Source: Squalus acanthias (Eukaryota). From it: DNA of 64,000 nt. How positions within the stretch are numbered: position 1 is the stretch's first letter; each line of letters opens with the position of its first letter. The notes beneath the pieces were generated by a model. It did no database searches. It was not told the DNA's origin and was given only the letters and a program-made list of their open reading frames with translations. A program made the translations under genes and the position numbers. Below are positions 1 to 11,099 of the stretch, piece after piece. The DNA lies in contig CM059441.1 of assembly GCA_030390025.1 (NCBI GenBank), forward strand, positions 13,640,001 to 13,704,000, in the 5' to 3' direction.

Positions 1-414
1 TGCAAGTGATTGAGAGAGTATGAGGTGATACCAAAGTGTTGGGGTGGGGGGGTGCATAGGGGATGATATTAGGGTTCCACAGTAAAGGGCAGAGAAGGAG
101 GCAGTGTAGTGGGACCAGTGGAGAACAGGTGAGAAGCAGAGTGGGGGGAGAAAGGGTTTGTGCCCACAAGATTAAGACATGATAAGAGGGGCCAATGTAT
201 GGCATTAAAACAGGAAGTTTCCTCTGCTCAATGGGTCACTGAACATATTCCGATTTCATTTTTTACAACTGCAAGAAAATAATCAATGTGCCAATGCAAA
301 CTGGGAAATGTCAATCCCAACATTCAGGCGTTAACTTAGTTTAAACAGATTGCAAAAAGCTCCACCCACATCATTTGTTCCATTCATTCTCCAGTTAAAG
401 GAATGGTTACTCAC

Positions 415-600
415 GTGGTCTGCAGGTTGGTGGTGGTGGTACAAATGTGTTGTTCTCACTACATTCAATGACATTGTTGCCAACCATTTCATAACCTTCA
501 TTACAGCTGTAGGTGATCGTCTCCTGATGTTTGTATGTCGGTCCAAATCCTGTGACTATGCGACCATTTGTGAGCAGTTCAGGAGATTGACATCCAACAA
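415..600 (-). CDS. CCP exon type A (A1)
   Basis: tttgtcag|TT GTT GGA TGT...AGA CCA C|gtgagt; 186 nt; VGCQSPELLTNGRIVTGFGPTYKHQETITYSCNEGYEMVGNNVIECSENNTFVPPPPTCRP. Confidence 0.9.
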
Positions 601-1778
601 CTGACAAAAGAGCAAAGTTTTAGTCTCCATTAAACAATTAACTGTACTTATGATGCTGATTGAAAGTCCATTTGGCCCACGACTCATGTCCCCAACTTCA
701 TTCAAATATCATTATGCTTGTTAAGGCATCATTAAAAAACAATTAGTAAATGTCTGACTTCACTGCATTATCAACTAAATTGTTCCAAATGTTTATCATA
801 TTTTGAATTAAAGGCTCCAAGGTCTCAAATTCCCTCCCTAAACCTCCCTCACTCTATTCTCCCTCAAGACGCTCATTAAGTCTACCTCTTTGACCAAGTT
901 TTCGCTAACTTGTCCTAATATCTCCTTATATGGCTCGATGACTTGCCAGGAGAACTTGAGGGGGGTGGAGGAAATTGTTTTTCAGAGGATTAATTTTCTT
1001 TAAAGTTTCGTGTAGGTGATTGAGAGAGTATGAGATGACACCAAGGTGGGGGGGGTGGTGGGGGTGAGCATAGTGGATGATATTAGGGTTGCGCAGTAAG
1101 GGGCAGAGAAGGAGGCAGTGTAGTGGGACCAGTGGAGAACAGGTGAGAAGCGGAGTGGGGTGTGGGGGGAGAAAGGGTGATGACCAAGAGAGAATACAGT
1201 CAGTTTCCCACTGCTGAGAAACTGGCAAAAATAATGAAGTAGCCAACAAGGCCCATCCCTCATTTATGAAACCAGTGGCCCAATTCTCTTCATCGCCTGT
1301 CGTGATCTTCCATTGCCCCACTTGGTCTTCCATTGCTCCCCTTCTCTTCGTCACTTCGTGCCTTGCACCAACCGGCAGACCGCACAACAACATCGCCCTA
1401 TTCTGAGTCACCTTTTCCCCAGACTGCTTCTCCTGCCTGTTTTTTTACTACTCCTGTTCTACCTCATTCCTCCATCCATACTGCTCCCACTTTTCGTTCG
1501 GCTGGCACTTCCCACCCTCTCCTTACCGCCACTCTCCGCTCACTGCCGCTTGCACTTTTCCGTTACATGTCACCACCACCTCCTAGATCTCCAACGGCTC
1601 AACGTCACAAAACTACCACATCCTGTCTGCTAAAAATCCACTAAAACTACCACCTCCTAAACTTCCCACCACAACTCTGTTCCTTGCTCCAACACTACCA
1701 TTAGCAATAAATGAAATAACAACAGAAAACGCTGGAAAAACTCAGCAGGCCAGGCAGCATCCGTGGAGAGAGAAAGAG

Positions 1779-1815
1779 AGTTGACGTTTCAGGTCGATGA
1801 CCTTTCATCAGAACT
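1779..1815 (-). ncRNA. Minimal type I hammerhead ribozyme motif in the pLTR
   Basis: Reverse complement is AGTT-CTGATGA-A-AGGTC-ATC-GACCT-GAAA-CG-TC-AACT: core boxes, 5-bp stem II, 4-bp stem I, vestigial stem III. Confidence 0.75.
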
Positions 1816-2095
1816 GGGAAGAGCTGGAAATCAAATAGATTTAAGGCCAGGGTAAAGCTGGGAAAAGGGGGAGGGGATAAAGGAACAAAGGAGGAGATGA
1901 AGAGACATTAAGAGACATTAAGAGATATGCAAGGCTAGAGGTGGTGTTAATGTGACAGATTAAGGCTGAATGAAGTGTGAAATCTACTGGCAGAATGAAG
2001 GACAGCTGCCAGCTTCTAGGAGGAAAAAAAAAAAAGGTGGGGGGGACAAATAAAAGGGTGGATAAAATAAAATATAAATGTGATTGGAGCTGAGG

Positions 2096-2560
2096 TTATG
2101 ATCTAAAATTGTTGAACTCGATATTGAGTCCAGAGGGCTGTAGCGTGCCTAAACGAAAGATGAGGTGCTGTTCCTCGAGCTTACGCTGAGCTTCCGTGGA
2201 ACAGTGTATTAGGCCGAGGACGGTGAGGTCAGAGTGGGAGTGAAGCGGTGAATTAAAGTGACAGGCCACCGGGAGCTCGGGGTCCCCCTTACGGACTGAA
2301 CGGAGGTGTTCCGCAAAGCGGTCACCCAATCTGCGTTTGGTCTCCCCAATGTAGAGGAGTCCACATCGTGAGCAGCGAATACAGTATACTAAATTGCAGG
2401 AAGTACAAGTAAATCGCTGTTTCACCTGGAAGGGGTGTTTGGGGCCCTGGACAGTGGGAAGAGGGGAGGTATAAGGGCATGTGTTGCATCTCCTGCGCGT
2501 GCACGGGAAGGTGCCGGGCGAAGGGGAAGGGGTGCTGGGGGTGGTAGAGGAGTGGACTAG
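2096..2560 (-). pseudogene. PLE ORF C-terminus: Cys-rich linker plus GIY-YIG endonuclease (truncated)
   Basis: Open frame ...GTFPCTRRRCNTCPY...FTCTSCNLVYCIRCSRCGLLYIGETKRRLGDRFAEH...VACHF...LEEQHLIFRLGTLQPSGLN, typical of Penelope endonucleases. Confidence 0.9.
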
Positions 2561-2664
2561 GGTGTCTCTTAATGTCTCTTCATCTCCTCCTTTGTTCCTT
2601 TATCCCCTCCCCCTTTTCCCAGCTTTACCCTGGCCTTAAATCTATTTGATTTCCAGCTCTTCCC

Positions 2665-2701
2665 AGTTCTGATGAAAGGTCATCGACCTGAAACGTCAAC
2701 T
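2665..2701 (+). ncRNA. Minimal type I hammerhead ribozyme motif (inverted pLTR copy)
   Basis: agtt ctgatga a aggtc atc gacct gaaa cg tc aact; predicted cleavage after GUC (2697). Confidence 0.75.
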
Positions 2702-3079
2702 CTCTTTCTCTCTCCACGGATGCTGCCTGGCCTGCTGAGTTTTTCCAGCGTTTTCTGTTGTTATTTCGGATTTCCAGCATCTGCAGTATTTTGCTATCGT
2801 ATTAGCAATAAATGGCTTGTTGAAGGAGTAGGATTAATTTGATGAACAGCCATTTTTCATTTCACACAATATGTTCCTTTAACATGCAATGTTGAATCAA
2901 AACATTGAATAACTGTTTCCTCCCATGCCAATGTCAGGTTACCCCCTATTTTCTTAATGGAGAGGGGCTAGGAGCTGTGGAGGAGCGAAGGGATTAACGT
3001 TCCCCCTGCATTTGGTCATGACAGCGACGGCCAAATCCCATAAATGAATTTTAAAAAAGTTTAAGAAATGTTTCCTCAC

Positions 3080-3265
3080 GTGGTCTGCAGGTTGGTGGTG
3101 GTGGTACAAATGTGTTGTTCTCACTACATTCAATGACATTGTTGCCAACCATTTCATAACCTTCATTACAGCTGTAGGTGATCGTCTCCTGATGTTTGTA
3201 TGTCGGTCCAAATCCTGTGGCTATGTGGCCATTTGTGAGCAGTTCAGGAGATGGACATTCAACAA
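3080..3265 (-). CDS. CCP exon type A (A2, VEC variant, donor gtgagg)
   Basis: 186 nt, open, phase 1-1. Confidence 0.85.
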
Positions 3266-3805
3266 CTGACAAGAGAGCAATGCTTTAGTCTCCACTAAAC
3301 AATTATCTGTACTTATGATACTGATTGAAAGTCCATTTGGCCCACTGCGCCTGTTCCCATCGTCATTGAAATAACTTATGCTTGTTAAGGTATCATTAAA
3401 AAACCAATTTGTAAATGTCTGACTTCACTGCATTATCAACTAAATTGTTCCAAATATTTATCATATTTTGAATTATAGGCCCCCAAGCCCACGGCTCAAC
3501 TACACAAAACTACCACATCCTGTCTGCTAAAAATCCACTAAAACTACCACCTCCTAAACTTCCCACCACAACTCTGTTCCTTGCTCCAACACTACCATTA
3601 GCAATATGGCAGCTGATTAATGGCTTGTAGAAGGAGCAGGATTGATTTGATGTGTAGCCATTTTTCATTACACACACTATGGTCCTTTAACATGCAATGT
3701 TGAATCAAAACATTGAATAACTGTTTCTTCCCATGCCAATGTTAGGTTTCCAACTATTTTCTTACAGGTGAGAGGCTAGGTGTTGTGGAGGAGTGAAGGG
3801 TTTAA

Positions 3806-4300
3806 GGTGTCCAAGTACATAGATCACTAAAAACAGCACAGGTACAAAAGGTAAACAAAAAGGTTAATGAAATGTTGGCCTTTTTTTGAAGGGGATTGGA
3901 ATTCAAAAGTGAGGACGTGATGCTTCAATTTGTCAGATCCCTGGTCAACCCTCACTGGAGCACTGCGTTCAGTATTGGGCACTGAACCTCTGTAAAGATA
4001 TATTGGCCTTGGATGGGATATGGTGCAGATTCACCAGAATGATACCAGGGCCTAAAGCATTAAATTAAGAAGATAGGTTGCATAAACGTTGCCTATATTC
4101 CCTTAAGTTTAGAAGGTTGAGGGGTGATCTAATTGAGGTATTTTAAATGATTTAGGGATTCGATTGCGGAAATAGAGAGAAATTATTTCCCGTGGTGGAG
4201 GAATCTAAACAACGGGCGCTTCATCGTAAAATTAGAGCTAGGCCACTTAGGAATGAAATGAGGAAGCACTTTTGCCACAGAAATAGTAATGGCAATCTGG
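3806..4300 (+). mobile_element. Decayed CR1-type LINE ORF2 fragment (copies near 15373, 26970, 30425, 40148, 53595)
   Basis: Recognisable CR1 3' ORF2 nucleotide motifs (ggggattggaattcaaaagt, agattcaccagaatgataccagg, gaggggtgatctaattgagg); boundaries approximate. Confidence 0.65.
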
Positions 4301-4563
4301 AATGAAGCCCGAAATGTGTTTTTGTGACCACAAAATTAAGATATGATAAAAGGAACAAATGTATAGCATTAAAGCATTCAGCTTCCTCTGCTCATTGGCT
4401 CACTGAAAAATATTCCCATTTATTTTTTTTAAGAACAGCAAGAAAAAAAAATCAATATTGCAATGCCAAATGGGAAACATCAATCCCAACATTCAGATAT
4501 TTACATAGTTTCAACAGATTTGCAAAATGTTCCCCCTACATCTTTTGATTCCATTCTTAGGTT

Positions 4564-4880
4564 TCTTCAACAGCTCTTCCCAAACCCACAAACCCTACCA
4601 CCTAGAAGGACAAGGGCGGCAGCCGCATAGGAGCACCATCGACTCCACACTGCCCTCCAAGTCACACACCACCCTGACTTGGAAATATGTCGCTGTTCCT
4701 TTATCATCGCTGGGTCAAAATCCTGGAACTCCCTCCCTAACAGCACTGTGGGAGTACCTTCACCACATGGACTGCAGCGGTTCAAGAAGGCAGCTCACCA
4801 CCACCTGCTCAAGGGAAATTAGGGGTGGGCAATAAATGCTGGTCTTGACAGCGACGGCCACATCCCATAAACGAATAAGA
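4564..4880 (+). mobile_element. Non-LTR retrotransposon 3'-terminal fragment (copies near 16131, 27726, 31148, 40905, 60745)
   Basis: tcctggaactccctccctaacagcactgtgg...gcggttcaagaaggcagctcaccaccac...gggcaataaatgctgg, encoding a WNSLP-type LINE C-terminus; boundaries approximate. Confidence 0.65.
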
Positions 4881-4906
4881 AAAAAGTTTAAGAAACGTTT
4901 ACTCAC

Positions 4907-5092
4907 GTGGTCTGCAGGTTGGTGGTGGTGGTACAAATGTGTTGTTCTCACTACATTCAATGACATTGTTGCCAACCATTTCATAACCTTCATTACAGCT
5001 GTAGGTGATCGTCTCCTGATGTTTGTATGTCGGTCCAAGTCCTGTGACTATGTGGCCATTTGTGAGCAGTTCAGGAGATTGACATCCAACAA
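4907..5092 (-). CDS. CCP exon type A (A3)
   Basis: 186 nt, open, ag/gtgagt. Confidence 0.9.
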
Positions 5093-5829
5093 CTGACAAG
5101 AGAGCAATGCTTTAGTCTCCACTAAGAAACTAACTGTACTTATGATACTGAATGAAAGTCTATCGGGCCCACTGCGCCTGTTCCCATCTTCATCGAAATA
5201 ACATTATGCTTGTTGAGGTATCATTAAAAAACAATTAGTAAATGTCTGACTTCACTGCATTATCAACTAAATTGTTCCAAATGTTTATCATATATTGAAT
5301 TAAAGTCCCCAAGCTCTCAATTTCCCTCCCTAAACCTCCCCCACTCTATTCTCTGTAAAGACGCTCATTAAATCTACCTCTTTGACCAAGCTTTTGCTCA
5401 CCTGTCCTAATATCTCCTTATGTGGCTCGATGACTTGCTAGTAGAACTTCAGGGGGGTGGAGGAAATTCTTTTTAAAATTATTGCTATTCTTTAAAGTTT
5501 AGTGTCGGTAATTGAGAGAGTATGAGATGATACCAAGGTGCAGCGGTGGGGTGCATAGGGGATGATGTTAGGGTTGCGCAGTAAGGGGCAGAGCAATGTT
5601 TTAGTCTCCATTAAACAATTAACTGATTGAAAGTCCATTTGGTCCATGACTCATGTTCCCAACTTCATAGAAATATTATCCTTGTTAATGCATCATTAAA
5701 AACCAATTAGTAAATCTATAAAACTATACACGGTGGACGGGGGTGGGGATATAAACTAAAAACAAATCCTGAACTCGATTACAGCAGAAATAAATCAAGG
5801 GGAAAAAAGACCATCTTCTGCAGCAATTA

Positions 5830-6322
5830 CTGACGATGCCACAGTGTTCAGCTCTGTTCATAACTTCTCTGATAAAGAAGCAGCCCATCCCAGCCTACAA
5901 CACTCCGACTTGAGCTGACAAGTGGCAGGTAATATTCATGCCACATTAGTGCCCGGTAACGACTATCTCAAAAAGGAGACAGCCCAGCCACCTCCCCTTG
6001 CCCTTCAATGGCATTACATTTGCTGACTCCCCCACCATCAACATCTTGAGGGTCACCATTGACCAGACGCTGAACTAGACCGGCTATATCAACACTGTGG
6101 CTACAAGAGCAGGGTAGAGATTGGGTACTCTGCGGCACGTGGACTACTTCCTGGCACCTGAAAGCCTTTCCACCATCTACAAGGCTCAAGTCAGCACTTT
6201 GATGGAATACTCACCACTCGCCTGGATGGGTGCAACCACAACAACATTCAAGAAGCTCAACAATATCCAGGACTTGATTGGTACCCTTGCCACTGAACTC
6301 AATATCCACCCCCTCCATCACC
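5830..6322 (+). mobile_element. Decayed LINE reverse transcriptase fragment (copies near 17410, 28991, 32413, 42025, 45900, 49405, 56890, 61880)
   Basis: IYKAQVSTLMEYSPLAWMG; the longer copy at 61885 shows AGVAQG..L.PTIFSYFINDL...RLFADD RT motifs. Confidence 0.8.
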
Positions 6323-7094
6323 AAAATTTGCATATAAATCAGAACTGTTAGTAGAGTTGCTCAAGGATACGACTGTACCACACATGAATATTTAACATTA
6401 ACTATTAATTACCTATGTTTCAGCATCCCAACTACTGTATGAGATGTAATCACCTGACTTTATTCCCACAGGAAGCTTGTGTTGCAGTTTTACACACTAG
6501 CAACTGGGTGAAAGGGAGGTTTCCAACCCTCTGGGAGGGGCCCGGAGACTCCAGGAATTAAAGATTAATCTCCTGGACACTGCAGCGAGCAACCCAGGAG
6601 GAAAATTACAGGGGCATTAAAAAAATAAGAGTATTTTGCTGCCATTCCACATTCCTAGTGCTCTCCATAGGGAAGTGTTGGACGTATCCCGATACTAGGT
6701 GGAAGATTATCACGAGATGGCCAGGGAAAAATTAAATTCAGTTCGAGATCTGAACAGACGGTAGATCAAAAGCTTCAGGGATTAATCTCAGTCAGGTCAC
6801 GGGCACAGCACACTGATGAACCAATACATGCAATTCAGAGCAGGGCATGGGCATTCTTCTCTCTGACGTTTCCTTTCTGCCCCCTCCCAATAATCCTCGC
6901 AACACCCTAATCAACTTATCTCAGCTGCATTTTGTTTTTAGGTGAGCAGGTAAACAGAAAGAGAGATGAATACAGAAGAAGCCAGGGTGAACTGTGAACA
7001 CTGGAAGGTTCGTTGCTTCCCACTTAAGGTACAGCACACGTCACAGGATTGTAAAATCTGAAACACTAAATAAAAGGGAGGAGAATTACAAAGT

Positions 7095-7285
7095 ATTTAT
7101 AGGCCCTTCGGCCCAACAGGTCCATGCCGGTGTTTATGCTCTACACGAGTCTCCTCCCACCCTTCTTCATCTAACCCCATCAACATATCCTTCTATTCCT
7201 TTCTCCCTCATGTGTTTATCTAACTTCCCCTGCAATGCATCTATGCTATTCGCCTCAACTATGCCTTCGGGTAGCGAGTTCCACC
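7095..7285 (-). mobile_element. CR1-type LINE/SINE 3' tail fragment (copies near 18675, 30250, 33672)
   Basis: aggcccttcggcccaacaggtccatgcc...ttcgcctcaact...gagttccac resembles an antisense CR1 tail; boundaries approximate. Confidence 0.5.
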
Positions 7286-7794
7286 TACTTATTTAAACAA
7301 TAGCACAAATTAATTGGGAATTAAGTTTTATTAATTAAGTAAACTTTGTTGACTAATTTCTTTCCCCAAACAAAAACATCCATCACTTTAGTTACAGCTC
7401 AATTTGGCAATTACAGCACAGCAACTGCACCAGATGCAAATTCCTGTGGAATTGATATTGAAAGTATTAATCCAAGTACCATTTACAGTTTGACTGAAAA
7501 AGCACATTTTAAAAACAAAATCTACAATTGTTACTTTTCTTCCTTCATTAGTAATCAAACTATTTATCACCATGGGAATGGAAATCATTTAATAAATTGA
7601 AAAGAAAATGCCAAGCAGCCCATGAACCCTATTCCTTCTCCTGGCCATGTACAATCGCACCATTATAATTCTGACAACCACCATTCACTGTAATGCTAAC
7701 TGGGGTACTTTATAAAACATTATACAATATTTTAGAAGTTGACATAATTGTTTGGCACAGAAAGTGAAGCCAGACATTTGGAGCCCTAACTTAC

Positions 7795-7868
7795 ATTCAC
7801 AGGTTGGGGCCTGGCCATCCCAGCCATCAGCTGTACACAACCGAGAGTTCCGACCCACCATCCGGTAC
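7795..7868 (-). CDS. Split CCP type C, second half (unit 1)
   Basis: tttctccag|G TAC CGG...TGT GAA T|gtaagt; 74 nt; YRMVGRNSRLCTADGWDGQAPTCE; not in the ORF track. Confidence 0.9.
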
Positions 7869-8486
7869 CTGGAGAAACAGAGACATGCCAGTAAGGGTCC
7901 TGGGTTACATTAGCACAGGGGCACATTGAAAATCAAGACATGTTATACTATTACTGGACAAAGTGTTGGTCGGAAATCATATGGAAGAGCAAATGTAATT
8001 CAGGTCAGCTCATCTTAGGAAGGATATTGGTGCTTCTTGGCTCACAGAGCTGAATCACAGTTTTGAGGAACCAGCAGGCACAAACCTCCAAAGTTGAACT
8101 CAAATTATGGATCTACAGATCAATCATAAATTAAATATTGCAATTGTTCTCGAAGAACCAAAGTGACAGGAAGTTTGACCAGTGGGTGAAAGTTCACAGC
8201 ATCAATAGCCCAGAATTTAGCACTAATTGGACAATTACATGACTGGTGAGAGTAGAATGTGTAAAACTACTACCCACAGTGTTACATTCAGTTACAAGCC
8301 TTACACAGTAGCCTCATGGACTGCTGTCTTCAGAAATGTAAACAACAGGTAATGGTTGTCTTGTGTTGGGTAAGTGGCATTGTTGTACCAACATGGAGAT
8401 GCTGTGGACTGCTGTCACCTCATTCACAACATTTTTAGAATAAACCTTCACCAAACTATTCAGCAATCTGAGTAAGGACAACTCAC

Positions 8487-8583
8487 CCTTCATTACAATA
8501 AAAAGTAACTTTGCTTCCAAATGTAGTATTTGGTGCCCCATAATACCCATTCAGAATCTGTCCTGGATTACCACAGTTCAATG
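8487..8583 (-). CDS. Split CCP type C, first half (unit 1)
   Basis: ttctatctag|CA TTG AAC TGT...AAT GAA GG|gtgagt; 97 nt; LNCGNPGQILNGYYGAPNTTFGSKVTFYCNEG. Confidence 0.9.
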
Positions 8584-8944
8584 CTAGATAGAAAAAATGG
8601 AAAAGGTAGAAATATTACAAAATACCAGGAGCTAAAGTGACTTTTTTTAATATATTTTTTTCAATGTAATTCACAGTATTTTGGAATTAATATATGAAAC
8701 TGCTACCAACTTCACCTAATTCTGGAATTCATTTTGAAAATGTTGGCAAAATATATACAAGATTCATTCAAAGGTGCAATACCCCTCATTAATAGGCCTC
8801 TGCCTTCAATCTCCCTCTGCATGCATCTAGGAGAATCTTTACCAGCAGTCCAAAACACAAGGGCCGAGAAATTCAGTTGTGGAGCCTCTTAATCCTCCAA
8901 CATGGCAGGCAGGAAGCATCTCAATGTGATCGGGCAACAAATAT

Positions 8945-9172
8945 CTCATCTTTGGAATTCTCTACCCCATAGGGCTCTGGATGCTGAGTCGTTGAGTATA
9001 TTCAAGGCTGAGATTGATAGATTTTTGGATTCCAGGGGAATCAAGGGATATGGGGGATCAGGCGGGAAAGTGGAGTTGAGGTCGAAGATCAGCCATGATC
9101 TTGTTGAATAGCAGAACAGACTCGAGGGGCCGTATGGCCTACTCCTGCTCCTAATTCTTATGTTCTTATGTT
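8945..9172 (+). mobile_element. CR1-type LINE 3' end (copies near 20525, 35522)
   Basis: LWNSLPHRALDAESLSIFKAEIDRFL..GIKGYG followed by 3' UTR and (cttatgtt)n tail. Confidence 0.8.
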
Positions 9173-9884
9173 CCCACTACATATAGCAACATTCTTGTAG
9201 GCCAATTCATAACCTGCATTCCAGCTGCAGCTGATCATCTCCAGGTATCTGATCCATCACACTAAGCAGATGAGAGATACCATCACGGGTATCCTGCTGC
9301 TGCTCCAGCATCTTTAGCTTGAAGACAGACCTTCTCACCTTGTGCCTCAGTCCTGTGGTGTTTTAGGAAGTGTTCCTAAATGCCACTTTGGGTTTAACTT
9401 TCTCTATTAATAACACAAGGGAAATGTCCACTCACTATTTCACCATGTATTCCAGATGAAAAGACAGTGTGTGCGTGTCTACAAAGTTAGAATGTGATAT
9501 AAACTGGTACGTACAACATTACAGCTGTAAGGGTTCCCTTTGCACAATTGGTCATTAAAAAAGACTGAAATTGGAGGACTTTTAAAACGCTTTTGGAGTG
9601 AAAAGGAACAAGACAGAAATGGATATGTCAATGTCTACTGGGAAAAATCCAAGTCAACATTCAGATAATTTTTATATATTTAGAAAAGGTTTAACCCACA
9701 TCTTTTTATTTCTCAAATTTAAGAAATCGTTACCCACATAGATTGCAATAGATGCCTGGTAAACCTGCAACACATGTTGGCATAGGAATAGAATATTACA
9801 GATGAGAGGACATATTGTAGTTCGTGCACATTAGTGACAGCATACTTGAAATATTGAATTAATTTTTATACCAACTAGCACACT

Positions 9885-10320
9885 ATTGATGTTGGAGTGC
9901 CCCAAAGTTCCGTCTGATGCCCCTTTTTCTCATCAATACACTGTTCCTTGGTGACAACATTTGTAGGCATGGATTCAATTTCCACATGTATGCTAACAAC
10001 ATCCATTACTACTTCTCCACCACCATGCTCGACTCCGCAATCACCACTGTTGTGCTCGGCTGCTTATCTGACATTAAGTCATAGTTAAGGAAGATCTTCC
10101 TTCAATTTATCTGCAAGACTGAAGCCATTCTGTTTGGCTCTTGCCAAAGAATCAGCACCTTACCTGAATTTCATTCTCCTCCCTGACTACCACTCTCTTA
10201 TGCATCAGAAAGAGCACTTATTTCCACTTCAGTAACGTTACCTACTTCTACCTCAGCACCACCACCACTGAAATATTTCTCCAGGCTTTTGTCACCTCCT
10301 CAATATCGATTATTTCACTC
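9885..10320 (+). mobile_element. Highly decayed L2-like RT fragment (copies near 21456, 36462)
   Basis: ggagtgccccaa...ttccacatgtatgctaacaac resemble GVPQ/HMYADD remnants. Confidence 0.5.
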
Positions 10321-10907
10321 AAGCTTGATCAGCAAATTAATGCAACAGTTTCCTATGTGCTGCACTAACACAAGTAATTCAGTGGGGCACAGACACAGAT
10401 CTAGTTGGATCTTAAAACGAGAAAGGAAGAGGAGGGAGGATGAGCATGATTTAACTATGGATCATTACCTATGGATTATGGTGACTATATTTAGCAATTC
10501 ACACTCATTAATATATAGCAATTCAACTATGGCTGAAAACATCCGATTATACTGTGCCAAATCACGATTTCTATTCTTTTAACAATGATATAAACGTAGT
10601 TGACATTTTCAGGGTTGTGTTTCAAAATACAAACTTGTACCATTCTGTGAACAAATGGCAAAAATGTAGAATTTAAAAAAAATTTTTGGAAGAAAACCTC
10701 CCCATCAAGTTGGCTTCAGCATCTCTGAGCGAATGAAGAAAAAAAGGGGTTTCCACTCCTGATCACGAACCATTACTTCCAGCTTAAGGCTAAGATACTG
10801 AAGGTTGCTTGAGCTGAGAGAACTGCACTCCAGCACAAGTCACTTCCTTCAGGAGAGGATGGACAAAGTGAATTAATAGAGAAAATAAAGTTACCCTCAT
10901 CACTTAC

Positions 10908-11099
10908 GTTCACAAATGGCCTGTAATGGTGTCCAAGTTGAATCAACCTGACAGGTAACAGAGGTTGAATTTTCATCTTTCAGTGTGTAGCCCGTATAAC
11001 AACTGTAATTAACTTCAGTACCCACAACAAATGAGGTCCGAGAAATTAATTCCTCAGTTGGTGAGCCATTTTCCAATTGTGGAAGCTTGCCACAGGAAC
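10908..11099 (-). CDS. CCP exon type B (B1)
   Basis: tttaaag|GT TCC TGT...TGT GAA C|gtaagt; 192 nt; SCGKLPQLENGSPTEELISRTSFVVGTEVNYSCYTGYTLKDENSTSVTCQVDSTWTPLQAICE. Confidence 0.9.

Larger units (their letters stand above)
1713..2767. repeat. 205-bp inverted repeat (arms 1713-1917 and 2563-2767)
   Basis: Arms read as exact reverse complements by eye. Confidence 0.92.
1714..2800 (-). mobile_element. 5'-truncated Penelope-like retroelement (PLE) with inverted pseudo-LTR
   Basis: 14-bp TSD attagcaataaatg (1700-1713, 2801-2814). Empty sites in paralogous introns at about 14367 and 25963. GIY-YIG coding frame. 205-bp inverted repeat. Confidence 0.92.

Noticed and set aside
331-604. Recurrent ORFs MDRHTNIRRRSPT... 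(minus) and ...WSAGWWWWYKCVV... (plus)
   Set aside because: Alternative-frame and antisense shadows of the A exon, repeated only because of duplication.
926-1644. Overlapping 100-160 aa Pro/Ser/Leu-rich ORFs (copies near 13980, 25576, 39574, 53026, 60134)
   Set aside because: C/T-rich low-complexity intron. Copies have frame-breaking indels and I found no convincing splice sites, so it is not supportable as an STP or TM exon.
7388-7588. ORF ending ICIWCSCCAVIAKLSCN
   Set aside because: No CCP pattern, no donor site, AT-rich; likely a chance ORF.
8314-8550. ORF MGIMGHQILHLEAK...
   Set aside because: Wrong-frame reading of the split CCP first-half exon.
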